Origin: a virus
Lineage: Duplodnaviria > Caudoviricetes
DNA: 54,354 nucleotides
Strand: one strand, 5' to 3'
Virus record (IMG/VR): IMGVR_UViG_3300037796_000233
Location: 1-54,354 of that record
The translations under genes and the position numbers were made by a program. Position 1 is the stretch's first letter; every line of letters starts with the position of its first letter. The notes beneath the pieces are model-generated. The model was not told where the DNA came from and searched no databases. It worked only from the letters and a program-made list of their open reading frames with translations. Positions 17,952 to 27,886 of the stretch are shown here, piece after piece.

Positions 17952-18779
17952 CTAAACCTCCTTGAAGTAATCTCTCATTTTTTCTTCGGTTATCTCTATG
18001 GGCAAAATACGATATCTTGCCGGCCAAGCAGTATTCAGAGCAGTTATCTTACCGATATTGACGTTTGTAATTTTTCGCCCCATTAATTCTGTTGGATTGT
18101 CGAAACCTAAAAGCCCTGAACAATCAAATTCGCCATCCGGAAAGACATTCACTCTCCGATCTGCGCCCTCATCCGCCGTCTCTATTTTGAAAGACCTCCT
18201 TTCCGAATTCCAAGAAACCGTAACGCCATCATAACAGTCGTCTTGTCTTTTCGAGTTATTCCTTATTTGTTCCTGAATTAAGGTTGCGACATCCTCCGGT
18301 TCCGCCATTGAATATCCACAAAATACATTTACAGGATCATTCCCGTTAATGGATACTTTTATCTTATTACTTTCCGCCGTAAAATTAAAGGGGATATTTT
18401 CTTCAGATACTACGGACCCTTCGCTTGACCCCTTTCGGTTATAACCGAAAAAACCGCCTTTCGCAATTGCCGTCCTAATGTCTTCTGTAAACTTTAAAAG
18501 TCCGACCCATTTGCCCGTCCCCAATATCGTTCCCTCTATATTGGAGGCAGGCATTACCAATCTGGCATAAATATGTAAAATATATTCAGTATTCACTAAT
18601 CCGGATGACGCACGGGTTTCCAAATCCTCTTCGCTCACTGGTTCAAGGATTATCGTATGGCCTTGACGCGGATAACTTTGTGCGAAACCCACTTTGAATT
18701 GATCTCCGCCCACATACGAAAGACCTTCAAAACCTTTTATCTGATAGTAAATGGCCCTTAAAACCGAATCAAAAGACAT
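17952..18779 (-). CDS. Tail terminator/completion protein with an inserted domain
   Basis: Synteny directly before the tail tube; YP..IILEP..E pattern. Confidence 0.5.
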   Translation of the reverse strand: MSFDSVLRAIYYQIKGFEGLSYVGGDQFKVGFAQSYPRQGHTIILEPVSEEDLETRASSGLVNTEYILHIYARLVMPASNIEGTILGTGKWVGLLKFTEDIRTAIAKGGFFGYNRKGSSEGSVVSEENIPFNFTAESNKIKVSINGNDPVNVFCGYSMAEPEDVATLIQEQIRNNSKRQDDCYDGVTVSWNSERRSFKIETADEGADRRVNVFPDGEFDCSGLLGFDNPTELMGRKITNVNIGKITALNTAWPARYRILPIEITEEKMRDYFKEV

Positions 18780-18789
18780 GATAAACCCT

Positions 18790-19389
18790 TTATTTAATGC
18801 CCAAATCTTTCTTGAGGTGAATATCGATCATTTCTGCAAAAGCCGTAAGAATGTGTCCAACGTCCGTATCTCCGGGCACTCTGGAATGAGAATCCGAAAT
18901 GCCTAAATGAACCCTTGGAATAATTTCAACCTCAATATTCCATTCATTCCCGGTTTCGACTTCAAGAAGTTCGATGACCCCGTCTTTTCCTTCTTGAGTT
19001 GCCTGCGCCCGTTCCTGGGCGTCTTCGCTGTAAACAACTTCCGTCTCTACCTTCGTGGAATCAACCAAGACCTCAAGTTCATTCCGCATCCTGGTTCTGT
19101 TTACGTTTTTGAATTTATACTTTTTTGCAAAAGGCCCATCATCGATTTTATTTGTGAGTGGTCCAACAAGAGTAGTTTGACCGCCTTTCATTTCCTTATA
19201 CCACTCAGGGTTTTCCGGCCATTGCTCTCCGTCTGGATCTATCTGCTGCATAAATCCGGCGTGGGTAGAATTTAAGATAATTTGACCGGCATCATAAAGG
19301 GCGCTGTCCAAATCCTTCTTCTTGATCCTGGTAAAAAGTTTCTTTAGGGCTTCAACCTGGCCCATATCAAGTTTTGCATCTTTTGCCAT
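18790..19389 (-). CDS. Virion morphogenesis/tail completion protein (Mu gpG/P2 gpS-like)
   Basis: F..Q.DPDG..W and Q.G....IIPRVHLGIS motifs. Confidence 0.7.
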   Translation of the reverse strand: MAKDAKLDMGQVEALKKLFTRIKKKDLDSALYDAGQIILNSTHAGFMQQIDPDGEQWPENPEWYKEMKGGQTTLVGPLTNKIDDGPFAKKYKFKNVNRTRMRNELEVLVDSTKVETEVVYSEDAQERAQATQEGKDGVIELLEVETGNEWNIEVEIIPRVHLGISDSHSRVPGDTDVGHILTAFAEMIDIHLKKDLGIK

Positions 19390-20105
19390 TATGCCCTGTC
19401 TATCCTTCCCACCGTCTCGATTTTTCCGTGGGCGGCATAGGTGTAAAATTCAAATCGATCTCCGTATTCAAAAGGGGTATCGCCTTGCTTTATTTCCAAA
19501 ACAAAAGGAAAATCCCCGGCCCCTTTTGATTTTCGGTCAAAACCATAATCGCTGAAGCCACCTGGAACCCAATCTTTTGAAGGGTAAACTTCTCCAACGA
19601 TTACATTCGGAAGCGCACCCGTCCTTGTTCCATATGGAACAAACTCTCTTTTCGACAAAGCAGTCAACGTCCAAAATTCGGTCCTGGTAAACTGGTCTTT
19701 TGTCTCCAAAAACGATATATAGCCATTTCCCGAATTTGTCCTGGCCTTCTTTATTTCCGATGCGCTGGAAGGGAAACGAAGGGCTTTAAGCCTATCCTTG
19801 TAACTCTCCTTGAATTCCGTAACCCAATCTGAAACATTGGAAGATGATTGAACAAAACTCGAATTAAGAAGGCGAACAAACACCATTAATTTTTCGATAT
19901 CGTGAAGAGAAGAAATGTGCCAGGCTGGCACCGCCGTCTTCCCTCTCAAATATTCGTCGTTGATTTCGTTAAATGCGGCCAATCGGGATGTATTGAGAAG
20001 TTCTTCAACTTTGTTCTCTTCAATATCTTCCCGGAAATAATCGGTCAGGCTTTCGCCGTTTGGCAAAATAAGGTCTGCGTTTTTCGAGTAAGTTTTTGTT
20101 GCCAT
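19389..20105 (-). CDS. Head-tail adaptor-like protein with a C-terminal extension
   Basis: N-terminal helical A..EIN..YL...P pattern of adaptor proteins; synteny. Confidence 0.5.
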   Translation of the reverse strand: MATKTYSKNADLILPNGESLTDYFREDIEENKVEELLNTSRLAAFNEINDEYLRGKTAVPAWHISSLHDIEKLMVFVRLLNSSFVQSSSNVSDWVTEFKESYKDRLKALRFPSSASEIKKARTNSGNGYISFLETKDQFTRTEFWTLTALSKREFVPYGTRTGALPNVIVGEVYPSKDWVPGGFSDYGFDRKSKGAGDFPFVLEIKQGDTPFEYGDRFEFYTYAAHGKIETVGRIDRA

Positions 20106-20114
20106 GATTTTCCC

Positions 20115-20672
20115 TTAATAGTCGAAAGTCAAAACGGAATTGAAGAAAAAGACCGGATATGGATATGGAACCGAAACCCCGCTGACGTCATTCCTTTTAA
20201 GTTGTAAACACATCATACATCCCGGCCCAACCGTTCCATTTGGCGTAAGAACACAACCGTTTTCCGTTTCATCGAAATCTATTATTTTAAGTTTATGATA
20301 ATCCGTCGATAATACTGGCGTTTTATGAAAGGTTGGCGCTGGAAAGTTTTTGTCCATTATGCTATTATTTCCAAACCCTCTGACGGCAAAAGACCAATTA
20401 AATTCACCGTTTACCTGTCCCGAATTAATATAATAAAGAGTTTGTAACCTTAAATCGCCCCCGGAATAGTCGGGAGGCATTGGAAAAAACCAGTATGCCT
20501 CCCAATCCACTCCGTTATCGTACTGTAAGCATGGAAGTTGAGCTGTAACGTCTCCAGAAACAATCTCGATTGAGCCCCGGATTGGATCTTTATTGGTTCT
20601 GACGTAAAGTTCCGCTGCCTTTACGTTAATGACCCCTACGTCACTGCGTGTTATGAAATCGTGTCGTGTCAC
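20115..20672 (-). CDS. Hypothetical virion protein
   Basis: 185-aa beta-rich ORF with GTG start in the structural operon. Confidence 0.5.
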   Translation of the reverse strand: MTRHDFITRSDVGVINVKAAELYVRTNKDPIRGSIEIVSGDVTAQLPCLQYDNGVDWEAYWFFPMPPDYSGGDLRLQTLYYINSGQVNGEFNWSFAVRGFGNNSIMDKNFPAPTFHKTPVLSTDYHKLKIIDFDETENGCVLTPNGTVGPGCMMCLQLKRNDVSGVSVPYPYPVFFFNSVLTFDY

Positions 20673-20696
20673 AGCCCAACTTCCTTCAGGGGTTTC

Positions 20697-21053
20697 CTAC
20701 CGAATCAAGACCTTGCCGGCAAAACGTCTGTCCGGTTTCTTCCGCACAGTGATGGTGACGGTCCCGGTGTCGCTCACGGAAATGTCTTCCATCATCTTTT
20801 TCCCGTACACCGACCCGTCGCCGTTCACATCTTCATAGACGACCGCGTCAACCTCCGTCCCTAACAAAACCGTTTGCTCGATTTCCTCCTGGAAATGAAC
20901 TGAAATAAATTCCTCATCATCAAAAACCGCCCGTTTGGCGTCGCCGCCTTCCTTTGAAACGTCAACAAAAGTTTCTTCCGGGTTGATCTCAACCGGCTTT
21001 AAAACTTCCTCTGTAACAACTACTTTTACGGGCTCATCGGAAACAATCGGCAT
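20697..21053 (-). CDS. Hypothetical structural protein
   Basis: 118-aa acidic, Val-rich ORF in the operon. Confidence 0.5.
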   Translation of the reverse strand: MPIVSDEPVKVVVTEEVLKPVEINPEETFVDVSKEGGDAKRAVFDDEEFISVHFQEEIEQTVLLGTEVDAVVYEDVNGDGSVYGKKMMEDISVSDTGTVTITVRKKPDRRFAGKVLIR

Positions 21054-21068
21054 GAGGAAAATCCAGTT

Positions 21069-21419
21069 TTAGTCGGGAATAACGGTCACTGTCGGTATAA
21101 ACTCGATTGAACCCTTAACCCATGTTTTTGCTTCCGTCGTCTCTACAATATCGTAATCCCCTTCAGTTACGTTTACTGCCCCTGTTTTGGTTCGTTCTGC
21201 TGAAATATAAACCTTGCCCTCGGTTGGATTGCCCTCTATCCCGCAATCAAAATCAAAAACAAGCTGAGAATCCCGCCCTTCATCTTCACGTACCTGCGAC
21301 ATAAAGGTTTTTCCAGTTAGGTCCATTGGGGTTGTTGCTTCTTTATCCGGATAGAAGGTAAAAATGCGCTTGAAACTTCTCCCTTTTTCGATGGTAAGGT
21401 CTTTATTGAAAGCGGACAT
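21069..21419 (-). CDS. Small beta-sandwich virion protein
   Basis: DLTIEKG.SF...PMDLTG....QVR...YDI....G pattern common in small phage structural proteins. Confidence 0.6.
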   Translation of the reverse strand: MSAFNKDLTIEKGRSFKRIFTFYPDKEATTPMDLTGKTFMSQVREDEGRDSQLVFDFDCGIEGNPTEGKVYISAERTKTGAVNVTEGDYDIVETTEAKTWVKGSIEFIPTVTVIPD

Positions 21420-22138
21420 CAGTCATCCTCCCGTCTTTTTTTCTTCAGGTTTTCAATTATCCGCCTGGAAATATCTAAATTTTTATTGAACGTCCAAAGG
21501 AGGATTATCAAAGTCACAGAAAACATTACGGAATCAAGTTCCTTCTCAAAAATAACCCCCTCAGAAAGAAACCGAAAACCACCCATAGCAAGAAGTCCGG
21601 TTGAAATTATCGTTGCCCGTAAGGATTGAAGACAAAGTGGTTTCATAAAACCTTGCCTCATCTTGATTTCCTTATCTGTCCTGCCTATCTCAATCGACAA
21701 AAGCCCGTGGAGATAAAGTCCCCGAACAAAGATATAAATTGAAAAACTAATCACCCAAACGGAAAACAAAGGGAAAAACCCTACGCAAAGACTTATACTC
21801 CAAGCCCAAATAAGAACGACCGAAAAGAAAAGACAAGAAATAAAAAGGCCCCAAAAGGTTTCATATAAAAATTTCCCGTCAAAAAGACTTTTCAATATTA
21901 CATTGATTCGCCTTGAGACCTTCTCACCGGATTTGGATTTGTTTAATCGTGAAACGCCCGAAAGCCAAAGCCAAATCCGCTCTGCCCTTTCCGAATAATC
22001 CCGACAAGAATGAAGACCGCGCTGGAATAGTGTCCAACAATGGATTTGGCGATATCCAAAAAGAAGAAGAAAAAAGGCGATTGCCCCTTGTCCGAAATAA
22101 CCCAACGTGCCATTTATAAAATTACAATATTCATACAT
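21419..22138 (-). CDS. Multi-pass membrane protein
   Basis: About five hydrophobic segments and a basic C-terminus. Confidence 0.55.
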   Translation of the reverse strand: MYEYCNFINGTLGYFGQGAIAFFLLLFGYRQIHCWTLFQRGLHSCRDYSERAERIWLWLSGVSRLNKSKSGEKVSRRINVILKSLFDGKFLYETFWGLFISCLFFSVVLIWAWSISLCVGFFPLFSVWVISFSIYIFVRGLYLHGLLSIEIGRTDKEIKMRQGFMKPLCLQSLRATIISTGLLAMGGFRFLSEGVIFEKELDSVMFSVTLIILLWTFNKNLDISRRIIENLKKKRREDD

Positions 22139-22496
22139 CTTTATTACTTCCTTTGATTTCTACATCTTCCTTGTCTTTGAGTTTTTCGATTCTTTTCATA
22201 ACAAGGTAATTCACAAAATCTAAAACCGATCTATAACAAAAGCCCGCTGCACCTACAGAGAAAAGCCTTGTTTTTTCAGATATATCAAAATCTATAAAGG
22301 CAAGGTAAACCAAAAGAGAGACAAAGCCAGAAGAAACAAAACCGACGACGAAAACCCCAAGGGAATATCTTTCTGAGTTCATATCCCGGACGAATCCGCC
22401 CAAAATACCAAGCAAGACCGGCGTGAAAAAGTCGGTGTGGACAAGCCACCGAATGAACTCAAAAACTATCCCGCTAAAAACCGCACTCTCAGTCAA
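22131..22496 (-). CDS. Putative holin
   Basis: 121 aa with about three TM segments (LLGILGGFVR, FVSSGFVSLLV, GAAGF) and a charged C-terminal tail. Confidence 0.6.
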   Translation of the reverse strand: MTESAVFSGIVFEFIRWLVHTDFFTPVLLGILGGFVRDMNSERYSLGVFVVGFVSSGFVSLLVYLAFIDFDISEKTRLFSVGAAGFCYRSVLDFVNYLVMKRIEKLKDKEDVEIKGSNKDV

Positions 22497-22509
22497 TTTA
22501 TTTCACCGA

Positions 22510-23529
22510 TTAGTCCAAAAGTTCTTTTGTATCAACATCCCGTAATTTCCGCGCTGGGTTCCCTGTCCAAATTTCGCCCTCTGGAATATCTTTCGTGACT
22601 ACCGAACCGGCCCCAATAACGGCGTTTTTCCCTATGGAAACCCCCGGACAAACACAACAACAGCTACCTATTCGGGCAAAATCCCCTACTTTAACCGGCT
22701 GGGGAACAAATTTTTCAACCCGCAAATACGAAAGGATTTTATCATTGGTAATCGTGACCCTTGGGCCTACATAAACGCCCTTTCCAATTTCGGTGTAAGC
22801 ACCGATATTTGAAAACTGAAATACTTTCGTTTGTGAACCAATTGAAACACCTTCTCCAATGAAACAATGATCCCTTATTTCAGACGTTTCATCGATAAAT
22901 ACGTTGGGTCTTATTTTGATATAATATCCAAGAAAAACGGTTGGAGAAATTAAAGCCGTTTTATGGATTATGTTTCCCTTGTTATCGAGATGAACCCCCG
23001 GCTCAATAAGGGTTTCGTTCATTATCTTTACCGGATTGCCTATGTAAATGCCCGGTTTTTCCAATGACCTTGGAACAAACGAGTTTGCCCCAATCGAAAT
23101 ATCCGGACCAATCTCCACGCCTGGCCCGATAATTGCCCCGGCCCCAATCTTAACCCGGTCCCCGATCTTGGCCGGTGAATGGTTCCCTTTAAAATCCGAA
23201 TGAAGGATGACCGCCTTTGGGCCTATGAAAACGTCTTCACCTATAATGGTATCTGGGGAAATAATTGCCCCGGCCTTAACTATTGATCTTGTACCGATCT
23301 TGCAGTTTGAGCCGGTTCGCACAAAACTTCCGATTGTCGCATTGTCACCAATCTCGGTTCCCCGTACTAACTTCACGTAATCACCAACCGTCGTTTTGTC
23401 GCCAATAACAACGTCCCTTTCGATGATTACAAACTCGCCAAGTTTAACGTCTCCGACCGCTTGAAACTGACTTCCCCGATAAACCACGTTTGATCCGCTA
23501 ATCATGACAGCGTTCTCCTTGCTGGTCAT
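22510..23529 (-). CDS. Tandem double hexapeptide-repeat (LbH) acyltransferase
   Basis: Two LbH domains of [IV]G[DE]xxx repeats, ending IGANSFV..YIGNPVK and IGAGSVVTKDIP..TGNPAR. Confidence 0.85.
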   Translation of the reverse strand: MTSKENAVMISGSNVVYRGSQFQAVGDVKLGEFVIIERDVVIGDKTTVGDYVKLVRGTEIGDNATIGSFVRTGSNCKIGTRSIVKAGAIISPDTIIGEDVFIGPKAVILHSDFKGNHSPAKIGDRVKIGAGAIIGPGVEIGPDISIGANSFVPRSLEKPGIYIGNPVKIMNETLIEPGVHLDNKGNIIHKTALISPTVFLGYYIKIRPNVFIDETSEIRDHCFIGEGVSIGSQTKVFQFSNIGAYTEIGKGVYVGPRVTITNDKILSYLRVEKFVPQPVKVGDFARIGSCCCVCPGVSIGKNAVIGAGSVVTKDIPEGEIWTGNPARKLRDVDTKELLD

Positions 23530-26221
23530 CTAATAAACCGGCTTTCGTTAGTTCCAAAACCAACCCAGGAAAGTTTAATGCCAACCAAATATGTTGATCC
23601 CTAAAATCCATAGTAAGAACTGATCCGCAAAAATTCTCTATGAAATCAATAGGGTTCAGCATATCCCAGTTGCCCTTAATACACATCGCAACCGTCTGTG
23701 GTATTTTTTTCCGAATGATCCCGGCCATGCCCATAACATCTTTTCTCATATGGCCCAGGGTTTCATCCTTCGTATTTTGATATAGGTTCCAGTGTATCTC
23801 TTCAAGGGCTTTCTTGGAAAACATTTCGCCTGAATCGAAATATCCGCCCTTGAATCTCTTTTTGATAATTGGATTGCGGTGTCGGATATCTAACATTGCG
23901 ATATCCGACCCGGCAAGAAAACCCTTACCTTTCCAAATTTCCTTTAATCCTCTTTCGATCCATCGGTCACAAAAGACATCGTCAGAACCAGCCACCATAA
24001 GGGCGTCAGGCTCCATCGTACTGGCTTCAAAAACTGCGTCCGACATCTTAGACCACAGAGGAAGGTTGGGCCGCTCTAAGAACAAATCTGCGCCACTCCC
24101 GGATGCTATCTTCCGGTTTTCTTTCTCCCCGGTAATTATCAATATTGGCTTAACGGTCTGGCGTTCCTTCAACCTTTTCGCCGTAAGGGTTGCAATCTCA
24201 TATCGACCGTGAACCGGCATAATAACCACAACCTTGGCGCTGATCTTTATCCTCGATTGCGGCGCTGAATTCGTTATCTCTTCTTGTGTAAGATTTGGAA
24301 ACCAGGTTTCGCAAAAAATTTGCCTGCTACGGACCCAGGCTGCCTTCATATCGAATTTTTTTTGGTGCCCCGTAGTAGAATGTGCCTTGTGTTCAACGCC
24401 GTGATCTAAAGCCAACGCTATACTAAAGCCCAACCTCTTCGACCTGAAGCAAAAATCGGGATCATCGAACCAACACGGTGAATATCTCTCGTCAAGAAAC
24501 CCGACCCTTTGGAAGACCTCCCAAGATGCATACATTCCGCCTATACCAACATATGAAGGTTCCTCAAGTATAGATTCCATTTTATAGGCCCAAGCCTTTG
24601 AATCCATAAACCAACCTTCAACCCCGGCGATATCACCCCCGGCCACTTTTAGCCTATGAATTGTTTCTGGCGAAATATATTGGTCATTATCCGGACAAAA
24701 AAGAAATCGACCCCTTGCCGCCGTTAAAACCTGATTGCGCCCTTCTATTGCTCCGTTGTTCTTATCGTTTCTCATAAACTTAAACAAAGGACCAAATGAA
24801 GGGAATTTTTCTTTAAGTTTATCAAATGAAAATTCGTCAGTTCCATTATCAAGTAAAACGATTTCTTCATTATATTTTTTGAAAGCTAAAATCCGTTTAA
24901 TTGCTTCAACAGTGACGTCTAATTTATTATGATATACAACGCAATAGGAAACATCCGGTTTTTCCAGCACTCTTTTAACCTTCAACGCAACCGCTTCTGG
25001 TTTTATCGCCTTGGAACAAGAGACGTTACCTTGATATCCACTTGAATTACATTTAATATTATACCAGCATGGACCGCCTGTCGGGCAATCTTCTGGCGTT
25101 ACTTGAATCACGAAACTGTTTCTGTAGTTTCTGGTCCTTATCTTCCCGTCAATATGGGTAAAAAGCCATATTGTCGGAATGTCTAAGGCAGCGGCAATGT
25201 GTGAAAGTCCCGTATCTGGACCAATAAATAAATCGCACTCACCTATAAGGGTGGTAACATTCCTCAAATCTCGTCCAAAATAAAACGAAACCTCTTCATT
25301 TTCCTCTAAATTGAACCATTTCGGTTTCTCTTTAGCAAAAACCAACAATTTATGATTTATAATTTCGACCGATGTGTGAATATCTCTTTTGTTCTCCCTT
25401 AAAATATCAATAAGGCTTTCGATTTCATACCAATCTCTTGCAGGCGCAGCGGATTCTAACGCAACCCCTATGGTCAAACCCCTTAAGGTTTCGTGCTTCG
25501 CCAAAAGTATCTCTTCTCTGGAGAGATAAAGTTTTGGCATTGGGGTTTCTTCCGGATTAAATCCCGCCGCCTTTACAAAAATCTCCGCTCTATTTAGATC
25601 GACTAATGGTTGAGTTTTTCTTTCGTAATCAATGCACTCAGTCGTTAGATCGATAGAAACATCCCAAAGAGAAGGGGCAACAATACTTACGCTAAAAGGA
25701 ACAAGTGAGTCAATAAAGGGGTTGTTTTTCGCCAAACATAAAAATTGTTTAGGGCAGGAAAAGGTTATTTTTGATTTTGGAAATCTTTTCTTGACCAATT
25801 CTATGACCGGAAAGGTCATAACGATATCACCTATCCCGCCCAAAGATCGATAGACAAGAATTTTTACAGGCTTGTCCGTGTTTCTTATTTCGCCTAAGTC
25901 TATGTGTCTTGTAGTTTCTATTTTAAAGAAATATTTTGATACAGTCTTAATTTTCGATTGAAGGAAGACAAAGGGGATGGCCCGGATTTCAACCGCATTC
26001 TGTTCTCCTGATACAACAAAAGTATCCGGCTTTACAAACCGGATATCGTAACCGCGCAAAGGTCTTCTATCGAATCGACAAAGGGTTTCTACATCCTTTT
26101 GGGAAGAAAGAAATTCAAAAAAATCTATTGTTGGCACAAGTGAAAATTCACCCGTCAGGGTTATCTTTTCCCCTTTGCTGGCAAAAGTTTTTGGGCCATC
26201 CCCTTTTAATCTTGCAAGCAT
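23498..26221 (-). CDS. Multidomain glycosyltransferase (GT9 + GT2 + GT-A-like)
   Basis: GT9: GGIGDIVMTFP..FIGPDTGLSHIAAAL; GT2: LLDNG, PDND, LDERY..FDDPDFC; third domain VIMPVHGR..GSDD. Confidence 0.85.
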   Translation of the reverse strand: MLARLKGDGPKTFASKGEKITLTGEFSLVPTIDFFEFLSSQKDVETLCRFDRRPLRGYDIRFVKPDTFVVSGEQNAVEIRAIPFVFLQSKIKTVSKYFFKIETTRHIDLGEIRNTDKPVKILVYRSLGGIGDIVMTFPVIELVKKRFPKSKITFSCPKQFLCLAKNNPFIDSLVPFSVSIVAPSLWDVSIDLTTECIDYERKTQPLVDLNRAEIFVKAAGFNPEETPMPKLYLSREEILLAKHETLRGLTIGVALESAAPARDWYEIESLIDILRENKRDIHTSVEIINHKLLVFAKEKPKWFNLEENEEVSFYFGRDLRNVTTLIGECDLFIGPDTGLSHIAAALDIPTIWLFTHIDGKIRTRNYRNSFVIQVTPEDCPTGGPCWYNIKCNSSGYQGNVSCSKAIKPEAVALKVKRVLEKPDVSYCVVYHNKLDVTVEAIKRILAFKKYNEEIVLLDNGTDEFSFDKLKEKFPSFGPLFKFMRNDKNNGAIEGRNQVLTAARGRFLFCPDNDQYISPETIHRLKVAGGDIAGVEGWFMDSKAWAYKMESILEEPSYVGIGGMYASWEVFQRVGFLDERYSPCWFDDPDFCFRSKRLGFSIALALDHGVEHKAHSTTGHQKKFDMKAAWVRSRQIFCETWFPNLTQEEITNSAPQSRIKISAKVVVIMPVHGRYEIATLTAKRLKERQTVKPILIITGEKENRKIASGSGADLFLERPNLPLWSKMSDAVFEASTMEPDALMVAGSDDVFCDRWIERGLKEIWKGKGFLAGSDIAMLDIRHRNPIIKKRFKGGYFDSGEMFSKKALEEIHWNLYQNTKDETLGHMRKDVMGMAGIIRKKIPQTVAMCIKGNWDMLNPIDFIENFCGSVLTMDFRDQHIWLALNFPGLVLELTKAGLLDDQQGERCHD

Positions 26222-26664
26222 TACTTCTTCTTACTGCGCCGCCGTTTGGCCCTGGCATCATCGCCATCGCCAAGGTCATCGTCATTTACTTCAGGCGGAT
26301 TTTTGATGTTAGCTGCTTCTCCGCTTTGGTAAACGGCTTGCTCGACGAAAAGCCCGAATTCTTCAGCCAAAATTTCTTTCTGGCGGTCAGGGTCTATCCC
26401 GGCGTTTGAGAAAGCATCGATAAGGTTTCTGGCCTCAACGCGCAGCACAGATTCAGGATCAAGGTTTTCTATTTTGACAGACCAGATTGTCGGAAAATCC
26501 CTGGCCAAATCCCTGGCCACGTTCTCCGGGATTTCTTCCGGGACCAAAAAACCTTTTCCTGGTTCCACGTTAATGTTTTTGAATCTGTGCTCCGTGGGGA
26601 GATATGGAACCGAAACTGGGCCGGTTTTGTTTCCTTTGTAAATTATTCGACGTTGCTGAAACAT
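26221..26664 (-). CDS. Hypothetical head-associated protein
   Basis: Start moved to ATG 26664 (MFQQRR) after AAGGAG; stop overlaps the GT start (TAATG). Confidence 0.55.
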   Translation of the reverse strand: MFQQRRIIYKGNKTGPVSVPYLPTEHRFKNINVEPGKGFLVPEEIPENVARDLARDFPTIWSVKIENLDPESVLRVEARNLIDAFSNAGIDPDRQKEILAEEFGLFVEQAVYQSGEAANIKNPPEVNDDDLGDGDDARAKRRRSKKK

Positions 26665-26679
26665 TGAATCTCCTTCCCG

Positions 26680-26731
26680 AAAAAACAGCAGGGCCATAAA
26701 TACCCAACTTCATAGTATTATATGGCCCTGC
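26680..26731 (-). terminator. Intrinsic terminator after the major capsid gene
   Basis: GCAGGGCCATA...TATGGCCCTGC stem followed by TGTTTTTT. Confidence 0.7.
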
Positions 26732-26787
26732 CCCCTTTCTGGTTACTATTTTGCGATAAGCGTTATTTCATAAGCCTTCCTGGACGT

Positions 26788-27807
26788 CTATTTGGTCTGA
26801 TCTACAGCCGCCGTATAAATCTGGATAATACCCTCGGAAGACAGCACCAGGTCTTCCCACGCAGCGCTGATCGCAATGCCGTGTCTGAAGCCATAGTCCG
26901 TTTCTTCTTCGTACCAGTTCACGTCTTCCGCCTCACCGGTGCACAGACACTCAGCGCCAACCATAACGGCCCCGGCGACAGTCACGGCGGGTGAAGCAGC
27001 GTTGGCAAAAGCCGAACACTGCGTGGTTTCATGAACGATGGCCCCGGCAACTTCGCCCATGGCCCCGGTAAAAAGCGGGTTGGTCGCGCCCCGTTCCCCG
27101 GCTGACCGATAGTTTGCGATCCAGTCAGGGTCTTTCCGAAGGGAATAGGCCTGCCACGGATTCACGAAGCAAAGATAATACCCTTCACCATCGGGCATAT
27201 CCGGCAGCTTGATCCGCGCCACGTGGTTGTCGGTCAGTTTGGCAACACCCCGTCGAATGAGTTCAACGGAAAAGACGTCTGCAGGATCAACATCGTTGAC
27301 ATCACTGGAGCCACCACCGAAAACCTGGGCAATTGGAGCCTTTTCCCAGCCTTGGTTCCCGGTCGCAAGGGCGGCAGCCCACACGCCGGAATCACGTTTT
27401 TTGGCCATCCAGTTGCCGAGTGCGATCTGCGCCTTGTCCCGAAAGGCAAAGGTGATTTGCTTCTTGACCTTATGGGTTTCGGACACAGCGTTCCGTTTCC
27501 AGTCCGGCGTGGTTGTAACGCTTCTGGGCGTGAGTTTTTGCTCCTTGCCCATCAGGGTTTCTTCCCCGTTCACGCCGGAATCATCCGGCAGGTTGATGAG
27601 CTGGCTGATCTGGATCGTATCGCCCGGCTGGTCCACGAGTTCACGCTTGACGATAACGGGCATGCCGCTGCCCTCTTCGCCCGAAAACCGTGTCCAGTAC
27701 ATCCGGCCCAGTGTCTCTTGATAGACCTTCTGGGAATAGATTTCCGGAATCATTTCAGCCATATCGGCTGCCGTCGTTGCGTTCATCTGAGAAATTGGAT
27801 CTGGCAT
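26788..27807 (-). CDS. Major capsid protein (N4-gp56-like, HK97 fold)
   Basis: IPEIYS, GDTIQI, GEETLMGKEQKL, NPLFTGAMGEVAG and EETDYG motifs; follows the scaffold gene. Confidence 0.9.
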   Translation of the reverse strand: MPDPISQMNATTAADMAEMIPEIYSQKVYQETLGRMYWTRFSGEEGSGMPVIVKRELVDQPGDTIQISQLINLPDDSGVNGEETLMGKEQKLTPRSVTTTPDWKRNAVSETHKVKKQITFAFRDKAQIALGNWMAKKRDSGVWAAALATGNQGWEKAPIAQVFGGGSSDVNDVDPADVFSVELIRRGVAKLTDNHVARIKLPDMPDGEGYYLCFVNPWQAYSLRKDPDWIANYRSAGERGATNPLFTGAMGEVAGAIVHETTQCSAFANAASPAVTVAGAVMVGAECLCTGEAEDVNWYEEETDYGFRHGIAISAAWEDLVLSSEGIIQIYTAAVDQTK

Positions 27808-27886
27808 TTTTATCTCCCTTTAGTGTAATTGGTTATCGTTCCGGTTCCGGTTCTTGGATCATTCCAATCACCAAAGGGTCATCCCT

